Part shown: in pieces, positions 27,426 through 37,973 of the stretch
Numbering within the stretch: position 1 is the stretch's first letter
How the letters are laid out: each line of letters begins with the position of its first letter
The notes under the pieces: generated by a model
The model's database searches: none
What the model saw: the letters and a program-made list of their open reading frames with translations, nothing else
Told to the model about the DNA's origin: nothing
Program-made: the position numbers and the translations under genes
IMG/VR virus record: IMGVR_UViG_3300044619_000511
Coordinates: 1 to 57,088 of that record
Reading direction: 5' to 3' (one strand)
Source: a virus
Lineage: Duplodnaviria; Caudoviricetes
Length of the DNA: 57,088 nucleotides

Positions 27426-28070
27426 ATGCCAAGTGAATTACAAAGTCAACAACTTTATATAAGTACCGGCGGTGGTAGTATAGGTGGTAGTACTGTACAA
27501 ATTAATCCTTATGGTTTTAATGGAAATTCATCAGGAGTGGGAGCGGGTCTGGGGTCTAGTAGTTTTGGCGTGGGAGGTTCAGGTACGAGTGGTAGTGATG
27601 GTAATGGTGGGTGGAGTTTTTATAATTACTATATAAATACAACACCTAGTAACGGGGAGAACTTCCTATACGATCCTAATGCATGGTTTGGGCCTGTAAA
27701 CGGAGCATTATATATAGGTGGCCCTCTTTTTCAGAATGCATACTCTGACGCTAAGTACAAGGATAATGTAACCCCAATTGCTAATGCTCTTGATAAGGTG
27801 AATGCCATAAGAGGTGTAGAGTTTGATTGGAATGAATTGGCTAAAGAAGAACAAGGAAGAGCAGGGCATGAGGTTGGAGTGATAGCTCAAGAGGTTCAGG
27901 CTGTTTATCCATTTGCTGTTAGAGAGGTGGACAAAGAAAGAGAAGATCATGTAACAACTGCGCTAGTTGTTGACCATGAGAAACTAATTCCCCTGTTGCT
28001 TCAGTCTATAAAGGAATTGAGTGCAGAGGTTAATTTATTAAAACAACATATTAATGGAGCCAACATTTAA
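27426..28070 (+). CDS. short Gly/Ser-rich fibre protein with S74 chaperone domain
   Basis: SDAKYKDNV...GVIAQEV...LLQSIKEL. Confidence 0.8.
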   Translation: MPSELQSQQLYISTGGGSIGGSTVQINPYGFNGNSSGVGAGLGSSSFGVGGSGTSGSDGNGGWSFYNYYINTTPSNGENFLYDPNAWFGPVNGALYIGGPLFQNAYSDAKYKDNVTPIANALDKVNAIRGVEFDWNELAKEEQGRAGHEVGVIAQEVQAVYPFAVREVDKEREDHVTTALVVDHEKLIPLLLQSIKELSAEVNLLKQHINGANI

Positions 28071-28350
28071 GTGGATCATACAGGATATCTATTGCAAGCC
28101 TACGTTTACTGATAAGTACAATAATCTAAGGTCGAATGCTATAAAAACAGTAAATTTATTATATATAGGAAGCTTGGGTAATATAGAGCACCGATCGCCT
28201 TTGAGTGTTAATCTTAGCTTAATTGATCTAACTAACTTTATAGACAGAAGTGAGATTTCTAATGAGCAGGTACTAGAAATGGCTTTGTCATCTAGAAATC
28301 CAAAAGAAATAGAGGCAATAGAAAACTCAGTTAAAAACCGCTTTAAATAA
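28054..28350 (+). CDS. small tail-associated protein
   Basis: Resembles the next ORF (FKWII.../IKWVI...). Confidence 0.6.
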   Translation: MEPTFKWIIQDIYCKPTFTDKYNNLRSNAIKTVNLLYIGSLGNIEHRSPLSVNLSLIDLTNFIDRSEISNEQVLEMALSSRNPKEIEAIENSVKNRFK

Positions 28351-28356
28351 AAACAA

Positions 28357-28728
28357 ATGGCAATTGAAATCAAATGGGTAATCACAGCGATGCCCGCAGC
28401 ACCATCAGAAGATGGTATGACAGATGTAGTAAAATCAATCTGTTGGACGAGACTGGCTACAGAAACAGTTGGAGAAGGCGAGACTGCTAAAACTTACACA
28501 GCAGGTTTCCCCGGAGTAACACCTTGTGGTGCCCCCGATCTTACACATTTCACCCCCTACAACGAGATCACAGAACCTCAAGTAGAAGGATGGTTGAATG
28601 AGCTGGTTGACGTGGCAAGCTTGGACGCTCAATTAACTAAGAACATTCAGGATCAGATTACCCCACCAGTGGTTGTTCTACCTCTGCCTTGGGCCCCTCC
28701 TACCCCTAACACACAGGAAAACAATTAA
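28357..28728 (+). CDS. small tail fibre-associated protein
   Basis: DVVKSICW...FTPYNEITE.QV.GW...PLPW. Confidence 0.7.
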   Translation: MAIEIKWVITAMPAAPSEDGMTDVVKSICWTRLATETVGEGETAKTYTAGFPGVTPCGAPDLTHFTPYNEITEPQVEGWLNELVDVASLDAQLTKNIQDQITPPVVVLPLPWAPPTPNTQENN

Positions 28729-28730
28729 TT

Positions 28731-29003
28731 ATGAAGACTATTCAGCCAGTAAGTATTTGGTTTAATGGTGAGGTAAAGCAGGCGACAATCCTAGATGCAT
28801 CTGCTGTAAAGCTTGAGCTTGGCCAGTGGGCTAAGTTCCAGTACAGCCTGATAGTATCTGGCGTTGGTCAGGTGGCATCCGGCAACCTAGTAATGGAAGG
28901 TCAGGATTACCAAGACTGGGATCAGGACTCCTTTGCGTGGGATTGGATTGCCCAAAAGCTTGGACTCACTATTACAGGTGATGTGCAAAACCAAGGGTCG
29001 TAA
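28731..29003 (+). CDS. small tail-associated protein
   Basis: MKTIQPVSIWFNG...W.A..LGLTI. Confidence 0.7.
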   Translation: MKTIQPVSIWFNGEVKQATILDASAVKLELGQWAKFQYSLIVSGVGQVASGNLVMEGQDYQDWDQDSFAWDWIAQKLGLTITGDVQNQGS

Positions 29004-29029
29004 ATTTTCTGAAATAGTATTGTATTACA

Positions 29030-29037
29030 TATCTTTG
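29030..29037 (+). promoter_or_regulatory. TAnnTTTG -7 element
   Basis: TATCTTTG in intergenic gap; similar motifs at 19636, 37287 and 47692. Confidence 0.5.
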
Positions 29038-29052
29038 TGTAAAATATAATCT

Positions 29053-29331
29053 ATGTTAGATTTCAACCAAGCATTGAAGGGACTCGACGGAACAGAAGTA
29101 AAGGACATGGACGGATCGTTCATTACCCTTGGTAAGCTTTTGTCTTCTCAGCTCGCTTCAGCAAACAAAGGAGATGCACTTAAAATGTTTACATGGGCCC
29201 AGAAGATCTACAATGGGGAAACTCTTGACCTCGATCCGAGTGATGAGTCCACATTGAAGGAATTCATTAAAAGCAATGAGGCTTTGACCGTACTTGCTAA
29301 GGCTCAATTATTAAGTGTATTTAAGTCTTAA
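29053..29331 (+). CDS. hypothetical protein
   Basis: 92-aa ORF. Confidence 0.75.
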   Translation: MLDFNQALKGLDGTEVKDMDGSFITLGKLLSSQLASANKGDALKMFTWAQKIYNGETLDLDPSDESTLKEFIKSNEALTVLAKAQLLSVFKS

Positions 29332-29334
29332 ACT

Positions 29335-29592
29335 ATGGCGAACAGTCTGGACAGGGTTAAATCTTGGTTAAGCCCGATGATCATATCCGGATTTGGATTG
29401 GTACTGTGGAGTCTTCTACAGGAAATTAGGTCAGATGTAAAGTCGCTACTCCAAGCGGAGGCAGCCACCACAATCAAGATCGAGAATCTAGAACGACGTG
29501 TTACGGCAACTGAAACCTTCCTAGCCCAGAACAGACTGTTCGCTATTAAACCAGAAGAAATTGATGCCCCTAAGCCTAAAACTATCAATTAA
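29335..29592 (+). CDS. membrane protein, possible holin/antiholin
   Basis: N-terminal TM segment plus coiled coil. Confidence 0.5.
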   Translation: MANSLDRVKSWLSPMIISGFGLVLWSLLQEIRSDVKSLLQAEAATTIKIENLERRVTATETFLAQNRLFAIKPEEIDAPKPKTIN

Positions 29593-30121
29593 TGCTCTTA
29601 TAGTATTGATTCTCTTGGGATGCAATCCAGTAAAAAAGGTGATGCAAGATCCTGAGAAATTCGAGCAGGTTGCTAGTGAGGTGATTAGGAGAGGGTACTG
29701 TGTAAATGACACCACAGTAATAACAGAAGTAAAGGACTCTATAATTTATAGAGATTCTATCATAGAGAAGGTTGAAAAAATACCTTGTAAGGATTTTGAT
29801 ACTACAATAGGGCGTGCCCGTATATCTGTCAGATCGGGGGTACTTACATACAGCGCCAAGGATTCTATAGTATATAGAAATAAGATTACTACTAACACGG
29901 TAAGAGATGTAGCCTATGAGCGCATATTGCTATATGACGTTCGTTCGCTGAAGGATACCCTAGTAACTGAGAGGGCTGCCATGATCACCCTGTCTGCCGA
30001 GTACAAGGCCTATAAGCTGGACTCAAGAATTGACCGGGCGAAATTGTGGCTATTGATCGTAGCTATTGGGATATTTGCATTAAGAAAACAAATCTCTTCT
30101 GTATGGCGCTTTTTCATGTAA
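29561..30121 (+). CDS. putative unimolecular spanin
   Basis: Lipobox LLGC at N-terminus and C-terminal TM helix LWLLIVAIGIFAL. Confidence 0.6.
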   Translation: MMPLSLKLSINALIVLILLGCNPVKKVMQDPEKFEQVASEVIRRGYCVNDTTVITEVKDSIIYRDSIIEKVEKIPCKDFDTTIGRARISVRSGVLTYSAKDSIVYRNKITTNTVRDVAYERILLYDVRSLKDTLVTERAAMITLSAEYKAYKLDSRIDRAKLWLLIVAIGIFALRKQISSVWRFFM

Positions 30122-30381
30122 TGGCTGCGAAGGATGGTAAGCACGCTTGGAAGGCTACCGGCACCAATCCAAAGACGGATCGTGAGATCACGCTGAAGGG
30201 TGGTGAGGCTAAGCACCGTGGCAAGTGGGGTATGAAGGGTGGCAAGAGTGAAGGTCAGGTTAAAAGCTTCTTTGCTCGCCATGCTAAGAATGACAGCCCA
30301 GTTGCATTTATTAATGCGCTGAATTGGAAGAGAGGTTCGCAAATTGGAAAGACAGTTAATATCCCTAATAGTAAGTTCTGA
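30121..30381 (+). CDS. small basic protein (start MAAKDGKH)
   Basis: TAATG-coupled; KSFFARH motif. Confidence 0.7.
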   Translation: MAAKDGKHAWKATGTNPKTDREITLKGGEAKHRGKWGMKGGKSEGQVKSFFARHAKNDSPVAFINALNWKRGSQIGKTVNIPNSKF

Positions 30382-31073
30382 TGAATATCAATGATGTCCA
30401 TAAAACAATTCTGTACTTCGTTAATAAGGAGCAGAATGCATTTATCACCCCAGCGGAGATAGATCTTGTATTGGACAAAGCTCAGATGGTTCTGTTCAAC
30501 CAGTACCACACAAACCCAAAGCTGCCTTCGAATGTACAGGCAAAGAACTATGGGGATTCTCAACGTATTGACGATGCGCTTAGTGCGTTTAAGTCTAAGT
30601 ATACATTCACAAGCTTAACCTCTCCTGCTGGATTAATTACACTACCGGGTGACTATATGCATTTAATATCACTGTTCACTACAGTGTATAATGCGCAGCT
30701 CGGGAGAAACGTATACTCCGCCGTTCAGGTAATGAATGAGGAAGAGTTGATTGAAAGATTGGAGTCTCAGGTTATCCCTGTTAATGCGGATGAGCCTGTA
30801 GCAATTATGAATAGCTTTAATAGAATTCAGCTATTCCCAGAGGCTACTGCCACTGGTGGTGTTTATTACTTTAGAAGACCGGCTGTTCCTGTTTTCGGAT
30901 ACACACAGGCTGGTCGTGCTATAACATACAATCCTCTTACTTCTACGCAGCTTGAGTGGAGAGATGCCGACATCATGAATATCATCGTGATCGCTCTCTC
31001 TTACTACGGTTTGAATATGTCTAGTGAGATGATTTCTCAGTTTGCTAACGTCAAAGAAGTACAAGGTCAATGA
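30381..31073 (+). CDS. tail ring/adaptor protein
   Basis: NKEQ..FITP.E.D..L..AQ...LPGDY; podovirus adaptor position. Confidence 0.7.
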   Translation: MNINDVHKTILYFVNKEQNAFITPAEIDLVLDKAQMVLFNQYHTNPKLPSNVQAKNYGDSQRIDDALSAFKSKYTFTSLTSPAGLITLPGDYMHLISLFTTVYNAQLGRNVYSAVQVMNEEELIERLESQVIPVNADEPVAIMNSFNRIQLFPEATATGGVYYFRRPAVPVFGYTQAGRAITYNPLTSTQLEWRDADIMNIIVIALSYYGLNMSSEMISQFANVKEVQGQ

Positions 31074-31690
31074 CAACTAAATATAAAATAGCGGAACAGG
31101 TGCAGCGTTTGCTTAACGGCAATCCTGTAATTAGTGGTCGTTTCAACCTAAACGAGATTAAGGTGCTTGTGGCACAGGTAGCTAACCAGTTGTTAAAGGC
31201 AGATCACTTTGCCGTTAACATGCCAGAAGGTGATACTATACCTACTAACTGCATGGTATATACTTATGATAACGTACCTGTTACTACATATAAGACAACA
31301 TTAAGTAAGGCGACATTACCATCTATTCCTATTGGTCTTCCAAGGAATATGGGTGTGCTTCATGTGTCTAAGATTGATGCTATTGAGGAGCCGTTCGTTC
31401 CCATCCCTACCAGCATGTATGGTATTATCAAGCCACAGGATTTGCTTGGCGAATTATCTGGTTTGATTGGGTATGAGGTTGTTGGTAAGGATATTATCTT
31501 TACTAAGAACTTGCCGGGTATGAGCGTGAGTTCAGTGTATATCAGGCTGGTTGGTGTGGATTTAAATACTGTATCTGACTACGAGACGCTGCCATTAACA
31601 GCTGATCTAGAGGCACAGGTTGTTACACAGGTTTATAATATACTTGTTCAGACTCCATCTGGAGAGAATAAATTAGATGAAAGGCAATGA
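31070..31690 (+). CDS. tail ring protein
   Basis: Position among ring genes. Confidence 0.6.
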   Translation: MTTKYKIAEQVQRLLNGNPVISGRFNLNEIKVLVAQVANQLLKADHFAVNMPEGDTIPTNCMVYTYDNVPVTTYKTTLSKATLPSIPIGLPRNMGVLHVSKIDAIEEPFVPIPTSMYGIIKPQDLLGELSGLIGYEVVGKDIIFTKNLPGMSVSSVYIRLVGVDLNTVSDYETLPLTADLEAQVVTQVYNILVQTPSGENKLDERQ

Positions 31691-32448
31691 AAGTAAGTAC
31701 ACTAGATAAAATCGTAAGGGGCGCTCTCGCTGACAGGAATTATCCAATGCATTGGTATCTACAGTTTATGACCTATGCGGTTTCTTGTCTGCGTGAGTTG
31801 AACTTTGATGTCCTTCAAAATATCAAGAGTGTACGTTTGCCAGTAAATTCCTATAAGGCTGCTACTCTCCCTGTAGACTTTGTTGATTACATAAGAGTCG
31901 GTAATGAACTCGGCCAGTATATATCCCCATGGGGAGAGAAGAGAGATTCCTTTAATCGTTTAAACAAATTTGATTCACAAGGAAACAAGATCCCCTATGG
32001 AGACATCGAAGCAGCCAATGGAATACTTCCTAATAACTGGGAAGGGTTCTGGTATACGAATTATATTAATGACAAAGGTGAACATCTGGGACGTATATTC
32101 AATAACATCCCGGGCTTTAGAGAATCCTTTGTTATCCTCAGAGAGCGTGATGAGATCCAATTAGATGTGAGCTACTCTGGGCAGTTTATCGTTATGGATT
32201 ACATATCTGATGGTATGTTACTTAACGCTTCAAATTCGGTTCATCCTTATGCGATCGAGACGATCAAGGCATATATATTCTGGAAGATGAAAGAGCACGG
32301 TAGACAATTCAATCTTAGCGAAAGACAACTTGCTAAGGATGAGTTTTATAATCAGCTCCGCATCCTCAGATCAAGAATGAATACTATTGATACACTGGAT
32401 ATCCGTCGTAGTCTACAAGCTTCGTACGGTCCTGTCATAAAGAATTAA
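31687..32448 (+). CDS. tail ring protein
   Basis: ELNFDVL...LPVDFVDYIRV...YISDG. Confidence 0.7.
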   Translation: MKVSTLDKIVRGALADRNYPMHWYLQFMTYAVSCLRELNFDVLQNIKSVRLPVNSYKAATLPVDFVDYIRVGNELGQYISPWGEKRDSFNRLNKFDSQGNKIPYGDIEAANGILPNNWEGFWYTNYINDKGEHLGRIFNNIPGFRESFVILRERDEIQLDVSYSGQFIVMDYISDGMLLNASNSVHPYAIETIKAYIFWKMKEHGRQFNLSERQLAKDEFYNQLRILRSRMNTIDTLDIRRSLQASYGPVIKN

Positions 32449-32450
32449 TA

Positions 32451-35400
32451 ATGCCTGTAGTAAAAAAAGCATTCACGGTCGGAATTAATAATGACGACGC
32501 CTCATACTTAATGGACCCTAAGGAATACCTTGGGGCTCTTAATATTAGGTTTGTTACGTCAGAGAATGGTGAGGTTGGGCAGATTACTAACATCGAAGGT
32601 AACCAACTAAAGAACCAGACCATTGATCGTGTAGGTGCTACAACTACATTTACGCTACCACAATACGGATGGAATAAGACTATTGGTGCATATGAGGATT
32701 ATGCAAAGAGAAGACTTTTTTGGTTTAACTACAATTCTACAGGTTGGCATGGCATATATTGTTACGATGCAGATACTGATAAGATCTACACTCTGCTAGA
32801 GAATACAAATAACGATAATCTCATATACTTCTATCAGGACAGGTTTATACATAGTATCGCCATGATTGGTGATTTAATGTATTGGATAGAGAATGGATTA
32901 CAGAAAAAGATAAATGTTGAGGCAGCGATTAAAGCTAATCACCCATCTTACTCTACAAGCGTAGAAAGATATGAATTGTTTAACCCGCTTATTACTACGC
33001 CCGGATCTGGTTATACTAATGGTGTTTATGTAGATGTACCAGTTAGCAATACTACTCCCCCGAACCCAGCCCATATTGGTATTGGTGCAAGGGCTACTGT
33101 TACAGTTGCTGGTGGCGTTGTAACAAAAGTGGTTATGACCTACTTTGGTAGGTACTATAGAAATGGTGATACGTTCACCTTTAACTCAGCTGTAATTGGC
33201 GGTACCGGTTCTGGTGTCGTGGTAACTATTAATGGGTTATTAGCAAAGAGTGTATTAACTGTGATTAGGTGGAAGCCGGTTTTCCCAGCTACAGCTACTG
33301 CACAGGTTGAACTTGGTTTAATAAATAATTTTATCGATAATAATGCGTATCAATTTACGTATCGTTATGTATATAGAGACGGCGAGAAGTCTGTATTTGC
33401 TCCACTGTCTAATATGATACCTTATGACTTAGATGGCGGTAGTATAAACTGTATAGACGTTAAGCATCCTAACCGACTTATTGAGCAGGATGTGACTTCG
33501 GTGGAGTTTGCTGTTAAGTTCATGACTGGCGGGAAGATGTTCATAATTAAGACATTTAACAAGTCAGATATTGCAACACATAACAGTGGGTCATTTCTTA
33601 CTTACAGATTCTATAATGACACAGCAGGTGCAGCTGTTGCTCCAGCAGAATACTCAAAGCCTTACGACTATGTGCCTGTTAGTTCAGAGACACTAGAGAT
33701 TGCTAAGAATAGATTATTCTTGGGTAATAACGTATATGGCTATAACGACCCAAACACTACTTCTTTATCAGCAAAAGCTATACCTATTGTATACAATAAA
33801 GTAACTGGGGTATGGATGGAGCTTGAGTATCTAAAGCTTGGTGTTGTATTAAAAGGATATTATGTTGGTATTGCATACGAGGGTGGGTATAAATATTTCT
33901 ATCCAGATACGCAACCAATCCCTCCATCATTCCCTTCTACACTTAATTTTATAAATGATCTAAACTTATTCTCTCCATCTGTAGACTTCATTACTCCTGA
34001 GCAAATAGCTACATTTGAGGGTGGTACGCTACTTACGTTTAAGTATACTGGGTATTATGCTGATGTTACCAACTTACCATTACTTCCACCAGTAACTGCA
34101 GCGGGTGCAGGTGGGATTAACTTTAAGAGTAATACATACTATAGACTTGGTATTGTGTTTTATGATAAGTACGGAAGAGGCGGTGGGGTGATTGGCAATG
34201 AACCTGCAAAGGCTATTACTGCTGATACTGCATATTCTAACTTTACTTACAATAGGGATATTATATGGAGCCTATCACAGACCAATGCGCTGAATGAGAT
34301 ACCAGATTGGGCTTGGTATTACAGTATTGTAAGAACAAAATGCTTGACTGTTTCTTCTTTTATGCAGTGGCGTGACGATTTCAAATACGTTATTAAGGAC
34401 CCAGTTACCGGCAACCTAACATATCAGGATACTTATAGCGTTGGTGCATATGGTATAGGTATACTGACAAAGAATTTAGCTGCATTGGGAATGGGATATA
34501 CATATGATGTTGATGAAGAGGCAGTTGTTAGAGTGTATAAAAGTGACGGTACTAAATTTACCTTAAATGTTAAAGACCAGTCTGGAGATTATATAATTAT
34601 TGAACCAGCTGATATTGGGTCTTCTGCTGTAGTCCCTGATCCTCTATATGAATTAAGTATACCATACGTTCTTAGTGAACAGGAGTTCTACTATGAGGTT
34701 GGTAATATGTACGAGGTAGCTAATCCTACTAGCAACTTTAGAAGTTATGCAAAAACATACGGATTTTTAAGTGGTGATGTATATATAAAACTAATTACAC
34801 CGGGTACATATTTTACTGAGAATATGAGTCTCAATAAAAGGTACTGGCAGAATTGGTATACAGGTATAGGTATGGCTAACGCTATTACCTCAGCCACACA
34901 ATCGCCAAGACCAGTTAGTATTTCCTACTCTGGTACATACCTACCCGGCACTAAGCTAAACGGTTTAAGTTCATTTGAGGCTTTAGATTTTGTGGATTTA
35001 CCTACAGAACTGCATTCTATACAGAAGTTGATTATTACTTCTAAGATTCAATTTGAAGGTAATGTGATGCTTGCGATTGGTGAGCAGGGCACAGCAAATA
35101 TATATGTAGGCGAGACTCAATTATTTGATAATACTGGCTCATCCCTCATAGCCAAGAGCTCGGGGGTAATAGGCAATATTAATATATTAAGAGGTGCCTT
35201 TGGAACCATAAATCCAGAGAGCGCCTTTAGATGGTCTGGAGAGGTTATCTATTTTGATGCCAATCGTGGAGCGTGGGTAAAGTATGATATGAATGGATTG
35301 TCTGCTATCTCAGATAATAAGATGCGGAAGTTCTTTAAAAAGTCTGGCCTTGCAATCCTAGAGAATAAGCAAGAGCCATCGGTATATAATGCAATTAATA

Positions 35401-36488
35401 CTAACCTTCCAATTAGGGTACTTGGTATGGTTGATCCATTTCATGAAGAGTATCTGGTGGCTATGCCTAGAATGGGTGTTGTCCCTGAGAATGCTGTATT
35501 AAGTGATGTTGAGATTGAAACCTATGGCTATATATTTACTATGGCTAATGCAGTAATTACTGCTGTCCCTGATAACCTATCAGGGTTCACTTATGAGTTT
35601 GGCGCAGGTCCTTCTACATCGCAGTCATTCACTTTAACTGCATCGGATCTTTCTCCAAATGGCAACCTGACAATTACAGCGCCTGCTGGATTCTCTGTTG
35701 GTACAACCGCATTAGCTAATAGTTCGTCTATAACTGTGCCTTATACTGGAACAGGGTTATTAGCTACTAATACTATATATGTAAGAATGGTTGGTGGGTT
35801 GCCAGTCAGCACACCTAGTGGAACATTGACAATTGTTGGTGGAGGTGGATCGGAAAGCGTTTCATTATCTGGAGCTGTTACTTCGCCAGTTGGAGCTATA
35901 TTAACTGCAACTCCTAGCTCAACAAGTATATTAAACTATGTTGATTCAGCCGGACCTTCTACAGCTGTGCAGATCCAGCTTACAGGATTTAACCTATCCC
36001 CTGCTTCTGGCAATATAACAATCCCTGCTTCTACCAATATTGAAGTGTCAACAACAAGCGCTACTACAGGGTTTAGCACTGCTGGTGCTACTATACCTTA
36101 TAGTGGTGGTGCACTTGCGAGCACTAATATTTGGATAAGATTAAAGGCTGGATTGGCTATTGGTTCATATAGCGAGAACATAGTTCTTACTGGTGGAGGC
36201 GCCTCTACTACTATCACAGGAAGTGGTATTGTATCAGACTGGGATATCATAACACTAGTACCAGCAGGTATTGGTAATACAACCAATGAGGCTTGTACAA
36301 CTGCTAGTATGTACGACATTATTACCCCTTACACTGGTAATCCGTTTGGACCGGGCACAGTCTTATTCTTCTCTGGTGCTCCTCCTACGCCTGTCACTGG
36401 TTATGCATATGTTAACGCCAGTGGTAGTCTTTGGAACTTAGACCCATTAACTGGTACCGTTCTTTCACTTTCACAAACTCAGTGCTAA
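32451..36488 (+). CDS. tail muzzle/stabilisation protein (P22 gp10-like) with C-terminal Ig-like repeats
   Basis: G.N.D...EY..ALNIR...NIEGN; NRLFLGN; YRLGIVFYDKYGR; G..NPES. Confidence 0.8.
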   Translation: MPVVKKAFTVGINNDDASYLMDPKEYLGALNIRFVTSENGEVGQITNIEGNQLKNQTIDRVGATTTFTLPQYGWNKTIGAYEDYAKRRLFWFNYNSTGWHGIYCYDADTDKIYTLLENTNNDNLIYFYQDRFIHSIAMIGDLMYWIENGLQKKINVEAAIKANHPSYSTSVERYELFNPLITTPGSGYTNGVYVDVPVSNTTPPNPAHIGIGARATVTVAGGVVTKVVMTYFGRYYRNGDTFTFNSAVIGGTGSGVVVTINGLLAKSVLTVIRWKPVFPATATAQVELGLINNFIDNNAYQFTYRYVYRDGEKSVFAPLSNMIPYDLDGGSINCIDVKHPNRLIEQDVTSVEFAVKFMTGGKMFIIKTFNKSDIATHNSGSFLTYRFYNDTAGAAVAPAEYSKPYDYVPVSSETLEIAKNRLFLGNNVYGYNDPNTTSLSAKAIPIVYNKVTGVWMELEYLKLGVVLKGYYVGIAYEGGYKYFYPDTQPIPPSFPSTLNFINDLNLFSPSVDFITPEQIATFEGGTLLTFKYTGYYADVTNLPLLPPVTAAGAGGINFKSNTYYRLGIVFYDKYGRGGGVIGNEPAKAITADTAYSNFTYNRDIIWSLSQTNALNEIPDWAWYYSIVRTKCLTVSSFMQWRDDFKYVIKDPVTGNLTYQDTYSVGAYGIGILTKNLAALGMGYTYDVDEEAVVRVYKSDGTKFTLNVKDQSGDYIIIEPADIGSSAVVPDPLYELSIPYVLSEQEFYYEVGNMYEVANPTSNFRSYAKTYGFLSGDVYIKLITPGTYFTENMSLNKRYWQNWYTGIGMANAITSATQSPRPVSISYSGTYLPGTKLNGLSSFEALDFVDLPTELHSIQKLIITSKIQFEGNVMLAIGEQGTANIYVGETQLFDNTGSSLIAKSSGVIGNINILRGAFGTINPESAFRWSGEVIYFDANRGAWVKYDMNGLSAISDNKMRKFFKKSGLAILENKQEPSVYNAINTNLPIRVLGMVDPFHEEYLVAMPRMGVVPENAVLSDVEIETYGYIFTMANAVITAVPDNLSGFTYEFGAGPSTSQSFTLTASDLSPNGNLTITAPAGFSVGTTALANSSSITVPYTGTGLLATNTIYVRMVGGLPVSTPSGTLTIVGGGGSESVSLSGAVTSPVGAILTATPSSTSILNYVDSAGPSTAVQIQLTGFNLSPASGNITIPASTNIEVSTTSATTGFSTAGATIPYSGGALASTNIWIRLKAGLAIGSYSENIVLTGGGASTTITGSGIVSDWDIITLVPAGIGNTTNEACTTASMYDIITPYTGNPFGPGTVLFFSGAPPTPVTGYAYVNASGSLWNLDPLTGTVLSLSQTQC

Positions 36489-37246
36489 TGCCATACTCAA
36501 CTACCATAACTACAAGTTTAGTACCTGATCTAACATACAAGATCACTTGTGCTCAGCCGGTTGAGGTATTCTATATGGGGCAGAAGGTATACGGGGCTGG
36601 TTTAACTGGGTGCTTTATCGCATCTACCTCTAGCCATTTGGTAATAGAATCGGATACATTACTATCTAGCACCCTGTACGTTACACAGATAATGACGAAC
36701 TTCTATGATCCGTATGATGGTACTGGTGGGGTATATGCATATCAGAATGCTGCCAGCAGGTTTACTTCTAAGTATGGCTTCCGTCCAGAGTGGATGAATA
36801 ATGTAGGTGGGCGGCTCGTGTCCTTCAAAGATGGCTTACCATATGTACACAACGGGCCTATCAATACATTCTACGGTACCCTTCAGGCATCCGCTATAGC
36901 TGGATTGCACAATGAGGCTGGCAATACCGTAAAGGTTTACGACTCCGTAGGGATAGAAGGGGATACGCCTACAAGGGTGCATGTAAGAACCGAGGTCCCA
37001 AATGTACAGAGTACGGATATAACTGATTTAGAGTTTGTTATAAAGGAAGGGGTTAGTTATGCCGGGATAAAGAGAGATAGGATTAGCCCTAATGTCACTG
37101 GCGGGTATAACATAGCCATGTGGAATGGGGATAGGATGAGGGGCGAGATCGCCAAGTTTATAGTTTACTATCTGTCTGCCGCTACTAAGAGGGCGTTGAA
37201 GTTCGTGAACCTAGGGTTTAATGGCAGCACTGGACAGAGTGTGTAA
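36488..37246 (+). CDS. separate C-terminal part of muzzle protein
   Basis: TAATG-coupled; FTSKYGFRPEWM...SFKDG...FYG...KEG...GDRMRG. Confidence 0.65.
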   Translation: MPYSTTITTSLVPDLTYKITCAQPVEVFYMGQKVYGAGLTGCFIASTSSHLVIESDTLLSSTLYVTQIMTNFYDPYDGTGGVYAYQNAASRFTSKYGFRPEWMNNVGGRLVSFKDGLPYVHNGPINTFYGTLQASAIAGLHNEAGNTVKVYDSVGIEGDTPTRVHVRTEVPNVQSTDITDLEFVIKEGVSYAGIKRDRISPNVTGGYNIAMWNGDRMRGEIAKFIVYYLSAATKRALKFVNLGFNGSTGQSV

Positions 37247-37316
37247 AACTATATCGGATTTTCATAGTAGAAAGAATTAATAATCATATTTTTGTAACTA
37301 TACAAATTTTCAAATT

Positions 37317-37973
37317 ATGCCAATACCTTTAGCTATACCTCTTATATTGGGTGGAGCAGGTGCTATTTCTAATATTGTTGGTGCTGGTGCACAATCTCAA
37401 GCTGCTAGACAGATCACACGCTTGATGGGTGAGCTACCTAAACCTAAGATGTCTGAAGCTGCACAGAGACTTGCTGCAGAGTCAAGACTCGCTGCTCAGG
37501 AGAATCCATTGATGGCTGCAATGCAAAGGGGCGTGGCTAGCCAACAGGCTACTAATTTATTTGCTGCTCGTCAGGCTGCACGTCCAGACCAATTCTTACA
37601 GTTTGTTGCCGGTGCTGGTGAGCAGGCTCAGGATACTATGTTGAAAGCTGCTATGCAAGGCCAAAGTTTACAGGAAGGCAGAAGACAAGCTTACTATGGG
37701 GCGCTTCAAGGGCAGCAACAGGCAGAACAACAATTATTTGAAAACCAATTAGGTAACATTCAGGCTAGAGCTAACATTCTTGCTGGAGCTGCTGGGATGA
37801 GACAGGCTGCTGCGCAGGGGATTGGCCAAGGTCTAATGGGGGCAGCTAGCTCTATGTTTAGCAGTGGACTTGTTGGTGGTGCCGGTAGAGCAGCTGGAGC
37901 TGCAGGTGGTGCAGCTGCTGGTGGATCCGGAATTGACTTTGCTTCATTCATGAATTCAGTAAGAAGAAGATAA
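37317..37973 (+). CDS. DNA ejection/pilot protein
   Basis: Ala/Gly/Gln-rich with hydrophobic termini; first of three internal virion genes. Confidence 0.7.
   Translation: MPIPLAIPLILGGAGAISNIVGAGAQSQAARQITRLMGELPKPKMSEAAQRLAAESRLAAQENPLMAAMQRGVASQQATNLFAARQAARPDQFLQFVAGAGEQAQDTMLKAAMQGQSLQEGRRQAYYGALQGQQQAEQQLFENQLGNIQARANILAGAAGMRQAAAQGIGQGLMGAASSMFSSGLVGGAGRAAGAAGGAAAGGSGIDFASFMNSVRRR

Noticed and set aside
21922-28070. Diversity-generating retroelement acting on tail fibres
   Set aside because: No reverse transcriptase, and repeat pairs differ at all base types rather than only at adenines
35544-36491. GCTAATGC direct repeat flanking the muzzle insertion as an excision or hop site
   Set aside because: Joining the copies gives a frame that stops after about a dozen codons, not the downstream ORF frame; no slippery heptamer before 36488
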